A stretch of DNA of 64,000 bases from an uncultured Candidatus Saccharibacteria bacterium (GCA_964602865.1 CAZRSX010000002.1:46872-110871); one strand, 5' to 3'; positions 30,080 to 40,799 are shown, counted from the first letter of the stretch. Notes: generated by a model not told the origin, from the sequence alone. Translations and numbers: made by a program.

Positions 30080-30937
30080 ATGCACAAAAAAGAAAACCAT
30101 AAGCTACTTGACCAAGCCATACCACAACGGCTCCAGACAATACGAAGTGCCCCAAAACAACTATTCTATAGTGGTGATTTTCTAGCACTGCTCGAGCAGC
30201 CACTATTGGCAATTGTCGGCAGCCGCAAGATGAGCACCTATGGACGGCAGGTGACAGAAAAGCTGGCCGGCGAAGCTGCTGCGAGAGGAATCGTGATAAT
30301 CAGCGGCCTAGCCATCGGCGTTGACGCCTGTGCACACCGGGCGGCTCTGGAAGCGAAGGGCCATACCATAGCCGTCCTGCCGACAAGCTTGGACAACATT
30401 CAGCCGCAAATGAATGTAAAGCTGGCCAGGCAGATTATCGAGCAGGGCGGGGCACTGGTGAGCGAATACGAAGATGGCAGCCCGGTACATCGGACGAACT
30501 TTGTGGCACGCAACCGGCTGGTGTCTGGGTTGGCTGATGCCGTGCTCATCACTGAAGCGACCGAACAGAGCGGGACCATGCACACCGCTGCCTACGCCAG
30601 ACAACAGGGGAGGCCGTTGCTTGCCGTACCTGGTGCGATCACCAGCCCTTTGAGCGCAGGACCAAACACGCTGCTCAAAGCCGGAGCTATCCCCGTTACA
30701 AGTATTGACGATATTCTGGCAAGCCTGGGGCTGGACAGGGAAAAACAGCAGCTGCAGATCATCGCCGCAACAGAGGAAGAAAAAGCGATTATAGAGCTTC
30801 TGCAATCAGGCGTAACCGATGGGCACCAGTTGCAAAAGCAGAGTAATATGCCCGCCGACATGTTCAACCAAACCCTGACCATGCTAGAACTGGCCGGCAC
30901 CATCAAAAGCCTCGGCAACAACCAGTGGACAATATAA
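30080..30937 (+). CDS. dprA: DNA processing protein DprA (Smf)
   Basis: LAIVGSRKMSTYGRQ...IISGLAIGVDACAHRAAL. Confidence 0.85.
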   Translation: MHKKENHKLLDQAIPQRLQTIRSAPKQLFYSGDFLALLEQPLLAIVGSRKMSTYGRQVTEKLAGEAAARGIVIISGLAIGVDACAHRAALEAKGHTIAVLPTSLDNIQPQMNVKLARQIIEQGGALVSEYEDGSPVHRTNFVARNRLVSGLADAVLITEATEQSGTMHTAAYARQQGRPLLAVPGAITSPLSAGPNTLLKAGAIPVTSIDDILASLGLDREKQQLQIIAATEEEKAIIELLQSGVTDGHQLQKQSNMPADMFNQTLTMLELAGTIKSLGNNQWTI

Positions 30938-30963
30938 TAAAAAAGTGTTAGAATATACGAGTT

Positions 30964-31941
30964 ATGTCAGTCGATTTTTTGCAGAACGTGACACCAGAAA
31001 CCATTGAGACGACTCTCGTGGATATTCATAATACTGTTGTTCCTGACGCGCCAGCTACAGAATATAACGGCGGCAAAAACGGCGTAAGCGGACCAGACAG
31101 CGTGGAGGTTTTCGCGCCGCACCCGAACGATAAAGCAGATTTACTCAAGTTGGCTGTTGAACTTGCTGATCACGAAAAAGATACACGTGAACTAGCTGCT
31201 ATGCGCCTTGGGGCGGCAGTGCTGGTCGTCCACCCGTTTCATGATGGCAACGGACGTACCTCGCGCTTTGTCCACGCCGCAATACTTGGACACGGCAACG
31301 AAAAAATTGAAGCAATGGGTATAGCAACACCGCATGCAGCGTTTGGCGAAGATCTTATTTCCTGGCAGGCACGTGAGATGATTGACCTAAAGCCACCATA
31401 CCCATTTACAAACTTTCTTTACTTCTCTGTGTATGATGTCAGTGGATTAGAGCACGGTAGTTTTAATACCACGCTCGATGACAGCGATGAAGATAGAAGA
31501 ATATACGACGAAGTGAAAGCACGCGTTAGTAAAGATAGAGCAGAAGATTTGGACATGGCATACTGCATCAAGCCAAAGACGTATAAGGGGGTCAATCCTG
31601 TTGACCGTGACAGCAACGCCGTTGAGTACGCACTTAACAAGCTACGAGCTGAAGGTGTAGAAATAAAAGGCAAGGAGTATACCAAGACTTCAGATGCACC
31701 ATGGACAGTTGTTGACATACCGCGCTTACTAAGAGATTTTGAAGACGACCTGCTACATGGATTTATTGACGCTACATGGGAATATCGCAGAAAATACGCA
31801 GATGTGGCCATCAGATGCGTCTCAGGTGATGACCTAGGACAGCAAGTTGATACACTGCACGGCATAACAAGCACGGTCGCTGAACACTACATTCGTCTAT
31901 CCAATAATCTGGTTCAACGAGCAACACCTCTCACGTCATAA
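30964..31941 (+). CDS. Fic family protein (AMP-transferase motif)
   Basis: canonical HPFHDGNGRTSR; TGTTAGAAT 9 nt upstream. Confidence 0.8.
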   Translation: MSVDFLQNVTPETIETTLVDIHNTVVPDAPATEYNGGKNGVSGPDSVEVFAPHPNDKADLLKLAVELADHEKDTRELAAMRLGAAVLVVHPFHDGNGRTSRFVHAAILGHGNEKIEAMGIATPHAAFGEDLISWQAREMIDLKPPYPFTNFLYFSVYDVSGLEHGSFNTTLDDSDEDRRIYDEVKARVSKDRAEDLDMAYCIKPKTYKGVNPVDRDSNAVEYALNKLRAEGVEIKGKEYTKTSDAPWTVVDIPRLLRDFEDDLLHGFIDATWEYRRKYADVAIRCVSGDDLGQQVDTLHGITSTVAEHYIRLSNNLVQRATPLTS

Positions 31942-32060
31942 TAGAAATACGTTTGCATTTATTTTTGGTTTGCTTTAGGATTACGGGTTGCGCCGCACAG
32001 CATGCGGCCAGAAAGACTTGTATTTATAAACCAGAAGGATAAACTAAAGCGTAAGTATTT

Positions 32061-34364
32061 ATGGCAAAAAATTTAGTAATCGTCGAAAGTCCGGCCAAAG
32101 CAAAAACTCTTGAGAAATACTTAGGCAAAGACTTCAAGGTACTCTCCAGCGTCGGGCATATTCGCTCTATACCCAAAAAGGTCAAGGGCGGCAAAGAGCC
32201 AATTGATATTCCGGCTGGCTATAAAACCCAGTACGAGATTGACCCGGACAAGAGAAAAATCATCGCTGAGCTTAAAAAAGCCGTTAAATCCGCCGGTACC
32301 GTGTGGCTGGCAACTGATGAAGACCGCGAAGGCGAGGCTATTGCCTGGCATTTGTGCGAAGTGCTGAAGCTGGACCCGAAAAAAACCAAGCGCATCGTCT
32401 TTCACGAAATTACTAAAGATGCCATTGACGAAGCGGTTAAAAATCCGCGCACCGTTGACATGAACCTGGTGCAAGCCCAGCAGGCCCGTCAGATCCTGGA
32501 CCGCATTGTTGGTTTTGAATTATCTCCCGTTGTCTGGCAAAAAGTACCGGGCGGCAAATCTGCCGGCCGCGTGCAATCACCGGCCGTACGCCTGCTCGTG
32601 GAGCGCGAGCGCGAGATAGAAGGCTTCGAAGGCTCAGCTGAGTTTAAAGTAACTGCCGAGTTCAAAATTGGTAGTGCAGTCTTAAAAGCAGAGCTGCCGA
32701 AACGTTTCAAACAAGAAGCCAGCGCCAAAAAGTTCTTAGAGAGCCTCATCAGCGCTACATTTACCGTCAGTGATGTTACCACCAGCCCGGGCACACGCAA
32801 CCCGAGCGCTCCATTTACTACCAGCACGCTGCAGCAGGACGCCAACAGTCGCTTGGGCTTTAGCGCCAAAGCCACCATGGCTGCGGCCCAAAAACTGTAT
32901 CAAGAGGGAAAAATCACCTACATGCGTACTGATTCGGTAAACCTCAGCAACCAGGCGCTCGGCCAAATGACCAGCTACATCAAAAAAACCTACGGCGAGC
33001 AGTACCATCAGTTCCGCACCTACAAGACCAAGTCCAGCGGTGCACAGGAAGCGCACGAAGCCATCCGCCCGACCAATGTCAGCCTGGAAAAAGCCAGCTC
33101 AGATACCTACAACCAAAAGCTGTACGATCTCATTCGCCGTCGCACCTTGGCCACTCAGATGGCACCGGCCAAACTCGAAAAAACCGTGGTCACTATTACT
33201 ATTTCAAGCAGCAACGACATGTTTGAAGCCAAAGGCGAGGTGATCATCTTTGACGGCTTCTTAAAAGTCTACGGGGTCAACAAAAAAGAAGACGATATCG
33301 TGCCGCCCGTGAACAGCGGCGATTCGCTGGCATTGCAAGCCGCCGGTGCCAAGCAAGTGTTTGCCCGGCCACCAGCCCGTTACACCGAAGGGAGCCTGGT
33401 CAAAAAACTTGAAGACCTCGGCATTGGCCGCCCCAGCACCTACGCCACGATTATCAACACGATTCAGGTACGCGGCTACGCCGAGAAAGGCGAATCCGAG
33501 GGCGAACCGCGCGATGTTATTCAGTTGACCCTTGATAAAAACAAGGTGGCGCGAGCAGTCGTCCAAGAAAATACCGGTGCCACTAAGGGCAAGCTGGTGC
33601 CAACTTCGAGCGGACTCGTCGTGAGTGACTTCTTGACAGGCCATTTTGATCAAATCGTTGATTACGGCTTTACGGCCGATGTCGAAGAAGAGTTTGACGA
33701 TATCGCTGAGGGCAAACTAGAGCGCAACAACATGCTGGACAAGTTCTATGGGCCATTTCACAAATTGATTGAAGGCTCAGGTAAAATCGAGCGTAGCGAA
33801 GTTGCTCAGGCTCGTGAGGTCGGCACCGACCCCAAGACCGGCAAGCCGATTCTGGCGCGTTTTGGCCGCTACGGACCGATGTTACAACTTGGCGCTACCG
33901 AAGACGAGGGCGAAAAGCCGCGCTTCGCGCCATTGCCGCAGGGTGCCAAAATTGAAACCGTCACCCTCAAACAAGCCCTCGAGGCCTTCACGCTGCCGCG
34001 GCTGGTCGGGCAAACTGATGATGGCCAGGATATTGAGGCTAACATTGGTAGATTTGGTCCGTACATAAAAGTAGGCAAACTATTTGTCAGCATCAAACCG
34101 CTCGATCCGCATGACATAACAGAGAAGCAGGGGAGGGAGCTGTACGCTGCCAAGCTGAAAAGCGAGGCTGCAAAGCATATCGCTGACTTTGGCGACATCA
34201 AGGTGTTAAACGGCCGGTTTGGGCCGTATGTGACCGATGGCAAAAAGAATGCCAAAATCCCCAAAGACCAAGATCCTAAGAAGTTAACCGAAGACGAAGC
34301 CAAAAAACTCCTCGCTGCAGCTCCCAAAAAAGGTAAAGGCCGCCGCTTCCCCCGCAAGAAGTAA
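32061..34364 (+). CDS. topA: DNA topoisomerase I with Lys-rich C-terminal tail
   Basis: Toprim N-terminus LVIVESPAKAKT, 767 aa. Confidence 0.9.
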   Translation: MAKNLVIVESPAKAKTLEKYLGKDFKVLSSVGHIRSIPKKVKGGKEPIDIPAGYKTQYEIDPDKRKIIAELKKAVKSAGTVWLATDEDREGEAIAWHLCEVLKLDPKKTKRIVFHEITKDAIDEAVKNPRTVDMNLVQAQQARQILDRIVGFELSPVVWQKVPGGKSAGRVQSPAVRLLVEREREIEGFEGSAEFKVTAEFKIGSAVLKAELPKRFKQEASAKKFLESLISATFTVSDVTTSPGTRNPSAPFTTSTLQQDANSRLGFSAKATMAAAQKLYQEGKITYMRTDSVNLSNQALGQMTSYIKKTYGEQYHQFRTYKTKSSGAQEAHEAIRPTNVSLEKASSDTYNQKLYDLIRRRTLATQMAPAKLEKTVVTITISSSNDMFEAKGEVIIFDGFLKVYGVNKKEDDIVPPVNSGDSLALQAAGAKQVFARPPARYTEGSLVKKLEDLGIGRPSTYATIINTIQVRGYAEKGESEGEPRDVIQLTLDKNKVARAVVQENTGATKGKLVPTSSGLVVSDFLTGHFDQIVDYGFTADVEEEFDDIAEGKLERNNMLDKFYGPFHKLIEGSGKIERSEVAQAREVGTDPKTGKPILARFGRYGPMLQLGATEDEGEKPRFAPLPQGAKIETVTLKQALEAFTLPRLVGQTDDGQDIEANIGRFGPYIKVGKLFVSIKPLDPHDITEKQGRELYAAKLKSEAAKHIADFGDIKVLNGRFGPYVTDGKKNAKIPKDQDPKKLTEDEAKKLLAAAPKKGKGRRFPRKK

Positions 34365-34404
34365 TTTGCATTATTTTTTTACTGTTGTATAATTGTATTA
34401 TTAA

Positions 34405-35367
34405 ATGCTTTTATTGGAGAATTTTATGGATGCGGAGAAATTACTAGAATCATTCAACGGGCACGAACTGATAGAAATCGCTGAGACACTGCCTGATGTT
34501 CTAGAAAAACGTGGTCTTACGCTGCCAGACTATATGGGTTCTGTCGCCATAGAAACCGGCGCTCTGGACATGCCTCGCGCGACTTCAGAGACAACCCCTC
34601 CTGCAGAAACCACCCTCTCTCCCGAAACCGAAGCCTTTAAGGCAGAGCAGATTGACCATCTGGCTCAGTCTGGCTGGAACACAGCACCTTCTATACGCGA
34701 GGGCCTGGAAAAAGTGGGCCTTGCTGTGCCAACAGCTGAGTTTTTAGAGACCTTTTCGGCAGGAACCTGGGAGCAACTCAGACAAGATGCCGCAGGTTTA
34801 CGCAAACAATTCGAAGATGCCAAATTCTTTAATCCCAAGGACGTCGGTGTACTCCTGATACCAAATCTTGGCAAACTTGATACTCGTGCAGCGATTGGCC
34901 CAGCTATCCGCCGCAACCAGTCGGGTCATTACAAAAAGGGCGGAAGTGACTACGTCAACCCAAGTCTGCCTGCCGGTGCAGCTGTAACTGCTGGCAACCA
35001 CGACTGGCTACCAGTTGCTACCTTCACCGGTCCTTCTGGTATCTATTTGGGCAGTTACAACAAGGTTCGTGATGATAAAGACGCAGCAGCCTACACCGTA
35101 GATGGTATTGATACCCGTGAGTTTATGATTCGCCAGATCTGGGGTGCCACTGTATTACAAGCCGGTACCGAACTACCTGACAGCAACACTCGAACCCCTT
35201 GGACATGGACTGTCTTCCCAGGCGAAGACAAGGCCGCTGGCGACGCGCCGGCTGGCAACGTCAGTGTCGGTCAGGTCGGCTTCTTCCTGTATCCTCCTGG
35301 CTACCGCGACGGCGGCATTGTCCGGGTCCGCCCCGCAGTGGTAAGACCGGATATTCTTGCGCTTTAG
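34405..35367 (+). CDS. hypothetical protein
   Basis: 320-aa ORF; AT-rich upstream; start may be ATG 34426. Confidence 0.5.
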   Translation: MLLLENFMDAEKLLESFNGHELIEIAETLPDVLEKRGLTLPDYMGSVAIETGALDMPRATSETTPPAETTLSPETEAFKAEQIDHLAQSGWNTAPSIREGLEKVGLAVPTAEFLETFSAGTWEQLRQDAAGLRKQFEDAKFFNPKDVGVLLIPNLGKLDTRAAIGPAIRRNQSGHYKKGGSDYVNPSLPAGAAVTAGNHDWLPVATFTGPSGIYLGSYNKVRDDKDAAAYTVDGIDTREFMIRQIWGATVLQAGTELPDSNTRTPWTWTVFPGEDKAAGDAPAGNVSVGQVGFFLYPPGYRDGGIVRVRPAVVRPDILAL

Positions 35368-35586
35368 AATCGCGAGCCTCTCGTGATACATACGTGAAAT
35401 CTGCGATGTTCGGAGTTTTTGTATACTTTTGTTGGCACAAAAGTATGGGAGGAGTTTCCACAGGTTGACCTCTAAAAGAGAAGGTTGTGGGGCAATATTA
35501 CAACACAATAAACCAATCAAACGCGTCGACTTTATGCTAAAATAGTCCGTAGATTGCACATAGCTGGGGGTAATCAAAGAAAACTA

Positions 35587-35615
35587 TTGACTTTTACATT
35601 ACATAGTTTTATAAT
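35587..35615 (+). promoter_or_regulatory. sigma70-type promoter TTGACT-17-TATAAT
   Basis: ttgact 35587-35592, 17-nt spacer, tataat 35610-35615; 45 nt upstream of 35661 CDS. Confidence 0.5.
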
Positions 35616-35660
35616 TACATCAAATTGAGATAAATTGTGTGAGAAAAGGGAAGTAACTAT

Positions 35661-36695
35661 ATGAGTGACCAAGCAACAAAACCAAACGTCGAAAAGATTG
35701 TTCTATCTGTTCTTGATACCATTGAGAAGGAACGGGAACGAGAGATAGTCTCGCGTCGTTTTGGTTTGTTTGATCGCCGTGAAACATTGGAGCAAATCGG
35801 CGAACTGCTTGGTATTACCCGCGAACGAGTGCGTCAGCTTGAAAAAGCGGCTGTTATTCGCCTGAAAACCCAAGCAGAGCAGGGAAAATTGCCAAACATG
35901 GCAGTGATTGCATCGGCTTTTGATGAACTACTTGCTGCACATGGCAAAGCTGCCCGCGTCAGCGACCTGAGCGCGCAACTGACGGCCGAAAATAGCCGTG
36001 TTGATCAGGCCCGCGTGACGTTTTTGACCAAGCTATGCCCCAGCCTGACCACTATCGACGAAAACGATTACTTTTATCAATCAGCTGCTTTGAATACGTC
36101 ATACGACGAGAAAAAGCTTAAAAAAGCTGTCGAGGACACCATTGCCGCGATCAAGAAGATTGGCGAACCAACCGGCATCGACAAAATTGCCGCCGAGCTC
36201 AAGCTCGATGACGCACAAGCTGCAGCACTCGCGAGTCTGAGCAAACAACTCGCGCACCTCAACGGGCGCTGGGGACTTATCAAGTGGCCAATGGTCAACC
36301 CTAAGAACATTCGCGACAAAATCTACGTTATTCTGTTCGAGAATGGCAAGCAAATGCACTTTTCCGAAATCTCTGCCGCTATCAAGAAATCTGACTTCAA
36401 ACGCAAAGACGTGACCACGCAAGCCATTCATAACGAACTTATCAAAGACAGCCGTTTCGTGCTCGTTGGTCGCGGTATCTACGCGCTGAAAGAGTGGGGC
36501 TACAAAAAGGGAACTGTCGCCGATGTTATAACAGATGTGCTCAAAAAAGCAGGCGAACCGTTGCACCGTGACGAAATCGTCAAGCGCGTGCTCAAGAGCC
36601 GCTATGTCAAAGAAACGACCATTCTGTTGAACTTGCAAGGCAAGAAGCAGTTCAAACGCGTCGCCAAAGCCACCTACACCCTAGCCGAGGAGTAA
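35661..36695 (+). CDS. DNA-binding protein with N-terminal sigma-70 region-4 HTH
   Basis: ETLEQIGELLGITRERVRQLEKAAVIRLK; 344 aa; SD aagggaag. Confidence 0.6.
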   Translation: MSDQATKPNVEKIVLSVLDTIEKEREREIVSRRFGLFDRRETLEQIGELLGITRERVRQLEKAAVIRLKTQAEQGKLPNMAVIASAFDELLAAHGKAARVSDLSAQLTAENSRVDQARVTFLTKLCPSLTTIDENDYFYQSAALNTSYDEKKLKKAVEDTIAAIKKIGEPTGIDKIAAELKLDDAQAAALASLSKQLAHLNGRWGLIKWPMVNPKNIRDKIYVILFENGKQMHFSEISAAIKKSDFKRKDVTTQAIHNELIKDSRFVLVGRGIYALKEWGYKKGTVADVITDVLKKAGEPLHRDEIVKRVLKSRYVKETTILLNLQGKKQFKRVAKATYTLAEE

Positions 36696-36698
36696 GTT

Positions 36699-36926
36699 AT
36701 CATAGCTGAAAAGCAAGAACTTAGGCAGATTAACTTTCGCGTTTCTCCGGAAGGATACGAGGCTATTACAATTATTGCGAAAGCAAACAATCAGAGTATA
36801 GCAGAATTTTGCAGAGAAGCCGTTTTGAGCGCAACATCATTTGAGCAAGCCGCTAACTTAATGCGCTCTGAAGCCCTGCGACTTGCTACAATGGCAGACC
36901 AACTCGATCAAGTGCAGCCGGAATAA
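36699..36926 (+). CDS. possible ribbon-helix-helix (CopG/MobC-like) small protein, no canonical start codon
   Basis: open frame after TAA at 36693-36695: INFRVSPEGYEAITIIAKANNQSIAEFCREAVL; no in-frame ATG/GTG/TTG near 5' end. Confidence 0.3.
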   Translation: MIAEKQELRQINFRVSPEGYEAITIIAKANNQSIAEFCREAVLSATSFEQAANLMRSEALRLATMADQLDQVQPE

Positions 36927-36940
36927 GCCATTAATTCATA

Positions 36941-37512
36941 GAACATTTTGCGAACATGATTATAGACATAGTTGAACGAGAAACAGTACGCCACTAATAA
37001 CTACAAAGTAGTGAGTGCAGGGACAGAGAGGGAGCAAAAAATAAAACAAAAAAATGAAAACGAAATCCAATGAAAATACAGTGATATAGAGGCGATAGAG
37101 TACCCATGTTTGGATATAGATGTTGTGTCGCACAATGTATATTTTACGACGTGCCATTAACTTCAGAGCATGATCACTGATACCTCTCCTAACAGGGGAG
37201 ATTCGTTAGAATCTAGAAAATAGATTATAGAAATTAGAATAGCAACCTCGCCTAACACACATAAGTTGCCGCGCGTGTTTGCTATATGCAACCCCGCACC
37301 TATTGTGCTTTGTCACATAAATTACCACACAGCAACTTATCCACATGTGATGTCGTGAAATGCTTGACTTTTCACGACTTTCCTAGTGTTTGATATCTAT
37401 TCCCTACACTAGGGCGATAGCGGGATAAATTTGACTTTTTCTTTGTGAAATAGTTTTGTATAGTTTTTACCAGCTAGAAGATAATATACTCAACTGAACA
37501 TTTTGCGAACAT
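36941..37512. repeat. AT-rich 0.55-kb non-coding region bounded by 17-bp direct repeats gaacattttgcgaacat
   Basis: repeats at 36941-36957 and 37496-37512; hairpins gtcgtgaaa/tttcacgac and ccctagtg/cactaggg; one perfect DnaA-box-like TTATCCACA at 37339-37347. Confidence 0.45.
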
Positions 37513-37531
37513 TCAGGGGAGAGCGAGGGCA

Positions 37532-38425
37532 CTACCGCACAAACACGCGCTCTTCAACCCGGACATCAATGTACGAATTGGCAGGTGCCTTATCACGTGC
37601 AAGTTGTTGTCTGGTCGCCAGATACTTCCCTGTTTGCTCTCGTGCGTCAAGCAACAGGTTATATTTCACGAAGTACTTCTCCCCTTTTGGATAGACGTGT
37701 AGCTCATTGGGTACTGTTGGTAAGACCATTTTTGCTACCGCGACTCCCTTTCCGGCAAGCAGCCGTTGTACCGACGTGATAAACTCGACCTGTTCTTTCG
37801 GTATAGCCTGCTGCCCCATCGTAACTGCTAGCCCACTTTCATCATTCACGACCAATAAGGTCTCTAGAAAGTCCTGGTCATGCATGTCGTGAGTCGGCAC
37901 AACCGCCCTGCCCCGCTCATCTACGACAAATGATTCCGTACCAGTTGTCATCACAAACACCGGCTCTGCAATACGCAAATATATCACCGGGTTGCGGCCA
38001 ATGATAGGCAACGTGATACTAACATCAGTTGCTTCGGGTATGTGTGCTTGGAGGGCCTCCGCTGTTGTTTCGGTGTTAAAGGTGAGTTTTGTTCGATTCA
38101 TAGGAGAACTTGCTAACACCGTCTCTGAGAGTGCCTGATATGTTTCTTTTGACCGCAAAAACGGTTGGACAGCCGTGTCTTGATCGTTGACAATGACGAT
38201 TTTTGGCTTTGTGTGCAGCAGCAACGAGTAGAGCAAGCAGCATACGATAACGACACCGGCAATGTACATCGGTACATTACTCCAGCGCCCAGGACGACGC
38301 TGATCGGCCGAAGCGGCGACGTTATTCGACCCACCATCATTGTGACGATAGTAGTACGTGCGTGCACGATCAACGCTCTGAGTGCGACGGACCTGATTAT
38401 CGTCTTTTTTTTTGCTGAAGAACAT
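37532..38425 (-). CDS. ftsQ: cell division protein FtsQ/DivIB-like (TM plus POTRA)
   Basis: cytoplasmic basic N-terminus, TM IAGVVIVCCLLYSLLL, periplasmic domain; follows murG. Confidence 0.6.
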   Translation of the reverse strand: MFFSKKKDDNQVRRTQSVDRARTYYYRHNDGGSNNVAASADQRRPGRWSNVPMYIAGVVIVCCLLYSLLLHTKPKIVIVNDQDTAVQPFLRSKETYQALSETVLASSPMNRTKLTFNTETTAEALQAHIPEATDVSITLPIIGRNPVIYLRIAEPVFVMTTGTESFVVDERGRAVVPTHDMHDQDFLETLLVVNDESGLAVTMGQQAIPKEQVEFITSVQRLLAGKGVAVAKMVLPTVPNELHVYPKGEKYFVKYNLLLDAREQTGKYLATRQQLARDKAPANSYIDVRVEERVFVR

Positions 38426-38430
38426 CAGTC

Positions 38431-39591
38431 TTATTGTACCGTACCGGCCCCTATTTCGACGATAAGCCTGGCTATCTCATCGGCGGCATCAGGTTTGGCA
38501 AGTTTCTGTATGTTTTTGGCAAGGTTTTGTTGCTTGCCACTACTTGCTAGTAGGTCCGCAATGATTGTTGTGGCTTTTGCGGTCATAGCTAGTTCTTGCT
38601 CGGCTAGCACCAGAATCGCCCCTTGTGCGGCCAAATGCTCAGCATTTTTTGTCTGGTGACCACCAGTCAACTGCGGGTTCGGCACCAGTACAACCGCTTT
38701 CTGCTGAATAGCAAGCTCGGCAATAGTAGTGGCCCCAGCGCGAGCGATGACAACATCTGCTGCGCCGGTATACACTTCAAGGTTATCGACAAACGGCACT
38801 TCCACGATCCGCCGGCGTGCTTCAGCAGATAGGCCACCGTAGAGCTCTTCGTCTTGCTCTCCCGTCTGGTGAAACACATGTAATGTACTGAATTGATCGA
38901 GCAGTTCGGGCACAATCTTCATAACTGCGTGATTAAGGCGCACCGCCCCGAGGCTCCCGCCAGTGATGCACAACACTTTGTCTGTTTTGCTCACGCCTAA
39001 GTCATGGCGGTAGGCTGCTTTTTGCTTTGCGGTCACCGTCTGGTACTCATCACCCACCGGTATGCCGACATAACGCGTTTTGTCTTTTGGATACGAATAA
39101 AACTCTGGTGGCATGCCAACGGCATGCATCGCGGCTTGGGCGCCAATCAATCTGTTGGCAAGTCCTGGTATAGTGTCGGAGTCATGGGTAATATACGGGA
39201 TGTTGAGGAGCCGGCAACCCAGGCCAACCGGTACGCCAACAAACCCGCCCTTGATAAAAACAACATCTGGACGGAGGCGGCGCAGCAGTAAAACTGCCTG
39301 TACGGTACCGATGAGGAATTTAAAAAAGTCTGCACAATTTTTGAGATTTGTTTCAATGTCACCAAGCCGGCTCAACCAGGACTGGCTGTGATAGCGCCGG
39401 AATTTTCCTGCCGAAATCTGATACACCGCGTCAATATCAGAAGCATCGTCAACAAGCTCACGAAATCTACTGCCCCTTTCTAGAACGTAGTCTAGGTGGA
39501 TATTCGGATGGTGCTGTTTCAGTTTACGGGCGACGGCTAACGGTGGCGTTATGTGGCCGCCGGTCCCCCCTCCGACTAGGAGTGCTTTCAT
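38431..39591 (-). CDS. murG: undecaprenyldiphospho-muramoylpentapeptide beta-N-acetylglucosaminyltransferase
   Basis: LVGGGTGGHITP N-terminus. Confidence 0.9.
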   Translation of the reverse strand: MKALLVGGGTGGHITPPLAVARKLKQHHPNIHLDYVLERGSRFRELVDDASDIDAVYQISAGKFRRYHSQSWLSRLGDIETNLKNCADFFKFLIGTVQAVLLLRRLRPDVVFIKGGFVGVPVGLGCRLLNIPYITHDSDTIPGLANRLIGAQAAMHAVGMPPEFYSYPKDKTRYVGIPVGDEYQTVTAKQKAAYRHDLGVSKTDKVLCITGGSLGAVRLNHAVMKIVPELLDQFSTLHVFHQTGEQDEELYGGLSAEARRRIVEVPFVDNLEVYTGAADVVIARAGATTIAELAIQQKAVVLVPNPQLTGGHQTKNAEHLAAQGAILVLAEQELAMTAKATTIIADLLASSGKQQNLAKNIQKLAKPDAADEIARLIVEIGAGTVQ

Positions 39592-40780
39592 TGCTGGGTC
39601 CTTTACTGCCTATGTTATGCGTACTGTAACTAGTATACCGTGAAACACTGAAGACAACACCAATTGCTGCCATTACAAAGATAAGGCTCGTACCGCCGTA
39701 GCTGATGAACGGAAGCGTAATACCTTTCAGTGGCAGCAATCCGACCATGGCGCCAATGTTGATGATGGTTTGCGTGCTCAACCAGGCTAGAATACCAGCA
39801 ACGAGCAACTTGCTGTATTCGTCAGACGTGTGTTCGAGTATTTTCATAATACGGGCGAATAATGCGCCGAAGAGCGCGATCAGCAAGGCGCTGCCAATAA
39901 AGCCGAACTTTTCCGCATAAATCGCAAAAATCGAGTCGTTGCCAGCCTCTGGCAAGTAGCCATAGGCCTGCACACTTTGCCCCAGACCAAGCCCAAAAAT
40001 ACCGCCCGAACCAACGGCAATCAGCGCCTGGCAGGACTGGTAGCCCGCCCCCTGGCAATCGCTGGTTGGGTTGAGAAACGTCTGCAGACGGTCGCGGCGA
40101 TACGGCGTGAGGCTAATAGCAAGCGTCGCCCCAATCAGTACGATCATAAGCGCCAGCAGCACCCTTTTGAGCGGCAACCCAGCCACAAACGCCATGAGGC
40201 TAATAATCGCCACCATGACTGCACCAGAGCCGAAATCACTCTGTAAAAACACAACCACCACACCGATAACAGCAAGCGCAATGAGGAGCGTTTTTTGGGT
40301 TGCACGCTCAGCCAGTAAACCGCGTTGCTTCTTGTCGGCCAAAAACCCGGCCAGCCAAACAATGAGGGCAAACTTGATGAGCTCGGCCGCCTGGAACGAT
40401 AAGCCGCCAATCTGTATCCAGCGGTAGGCGCCATTCACTTCCTCGCCCACCAAGCGCACTGCAATCGAAGCAAGCGCCGCAGTAATCAATAACGGCATTT
40501 CAAACAGGCGCCAGGCTTTAGGCGGGATAGCGCTGACCGCACTAAATGCGATAATCCCCAAGACAATGGCAATAAGCTGCTTATTAACAAAATAATTTTC
40601 GGCAACATTTTTTTGGGCACCAAGCGCCGGGCTTATAGAGTACACCAGTACCAGTCCGACAACTAACAGCAGTGCGCTAATAACCAACAGTGTGTAGTCA
40701 GGACGATGCCGTCGCTGTAAACCGTCGCTCGATTGGGTAATAGCCGGTCGTCGTCTTCCCTGTGCATACAAACTGCTCAT
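39524..40780 (-). CDS. ftsW: peptidoglycan glycosyltransferase FtsW (SEDS family)
   Basis: multi-TM SEDS protein; 68-nt overlap with murG start. Confidence 0.85.
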   Translation of the reverse strand: MSSLYAQGRRRPAITQSSDGLQRRHRPDYTLLVISALLLVVGLVLVYSISPALGAQKNVAENYFVNKQLIAIVLGIIAFSAVSAIPPKAWRLFEMPLLITAALASIAVRLVGEEVNGAYRWIQIGGLSFQAAELIKFALIVWLAGFLADKKQRGLLAERATQKTLLIALAVIGVVVVFLQSDFGSGAVMVAIISLMAFVAGLPLKRVLLALMIVLIGATLAISLTPYRRDRLQTFLNPTSDCQGAGYQSCQALIAVGSGGIFGLGLGQSVQAYGYLPEAGNDSIFAIYAEKFGFIGSALLIALFGALFARIMKILEHTSDEYSKLLVAGILAWLSTQTIINIGAMVGLLPLKGITLPFISYGGTSLIFVMAAIGVVFSVSRYTSYSTHNIGSKGPSNESTPSRRGDRRPHNATVSRRP

Positions 40781-40799
40781 CCTAGCCTACCCTTCGCAC

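Noticed and set aside
33769-34357. Alternative-frame ORFs inside topA
   Set aside because: They lie within the well-supported topA reading frame, which has a Lys-rich tail of biased composition. They are spurious.
36930-37530. AT-rich region with TTATCCACA as chromosomal oriC
   Set aside because: Only one perfect DnaA box and two weak ones were found, and no dnaA/dnaN are nearby. A mobile-element remnant or regulatory region is more plausible.
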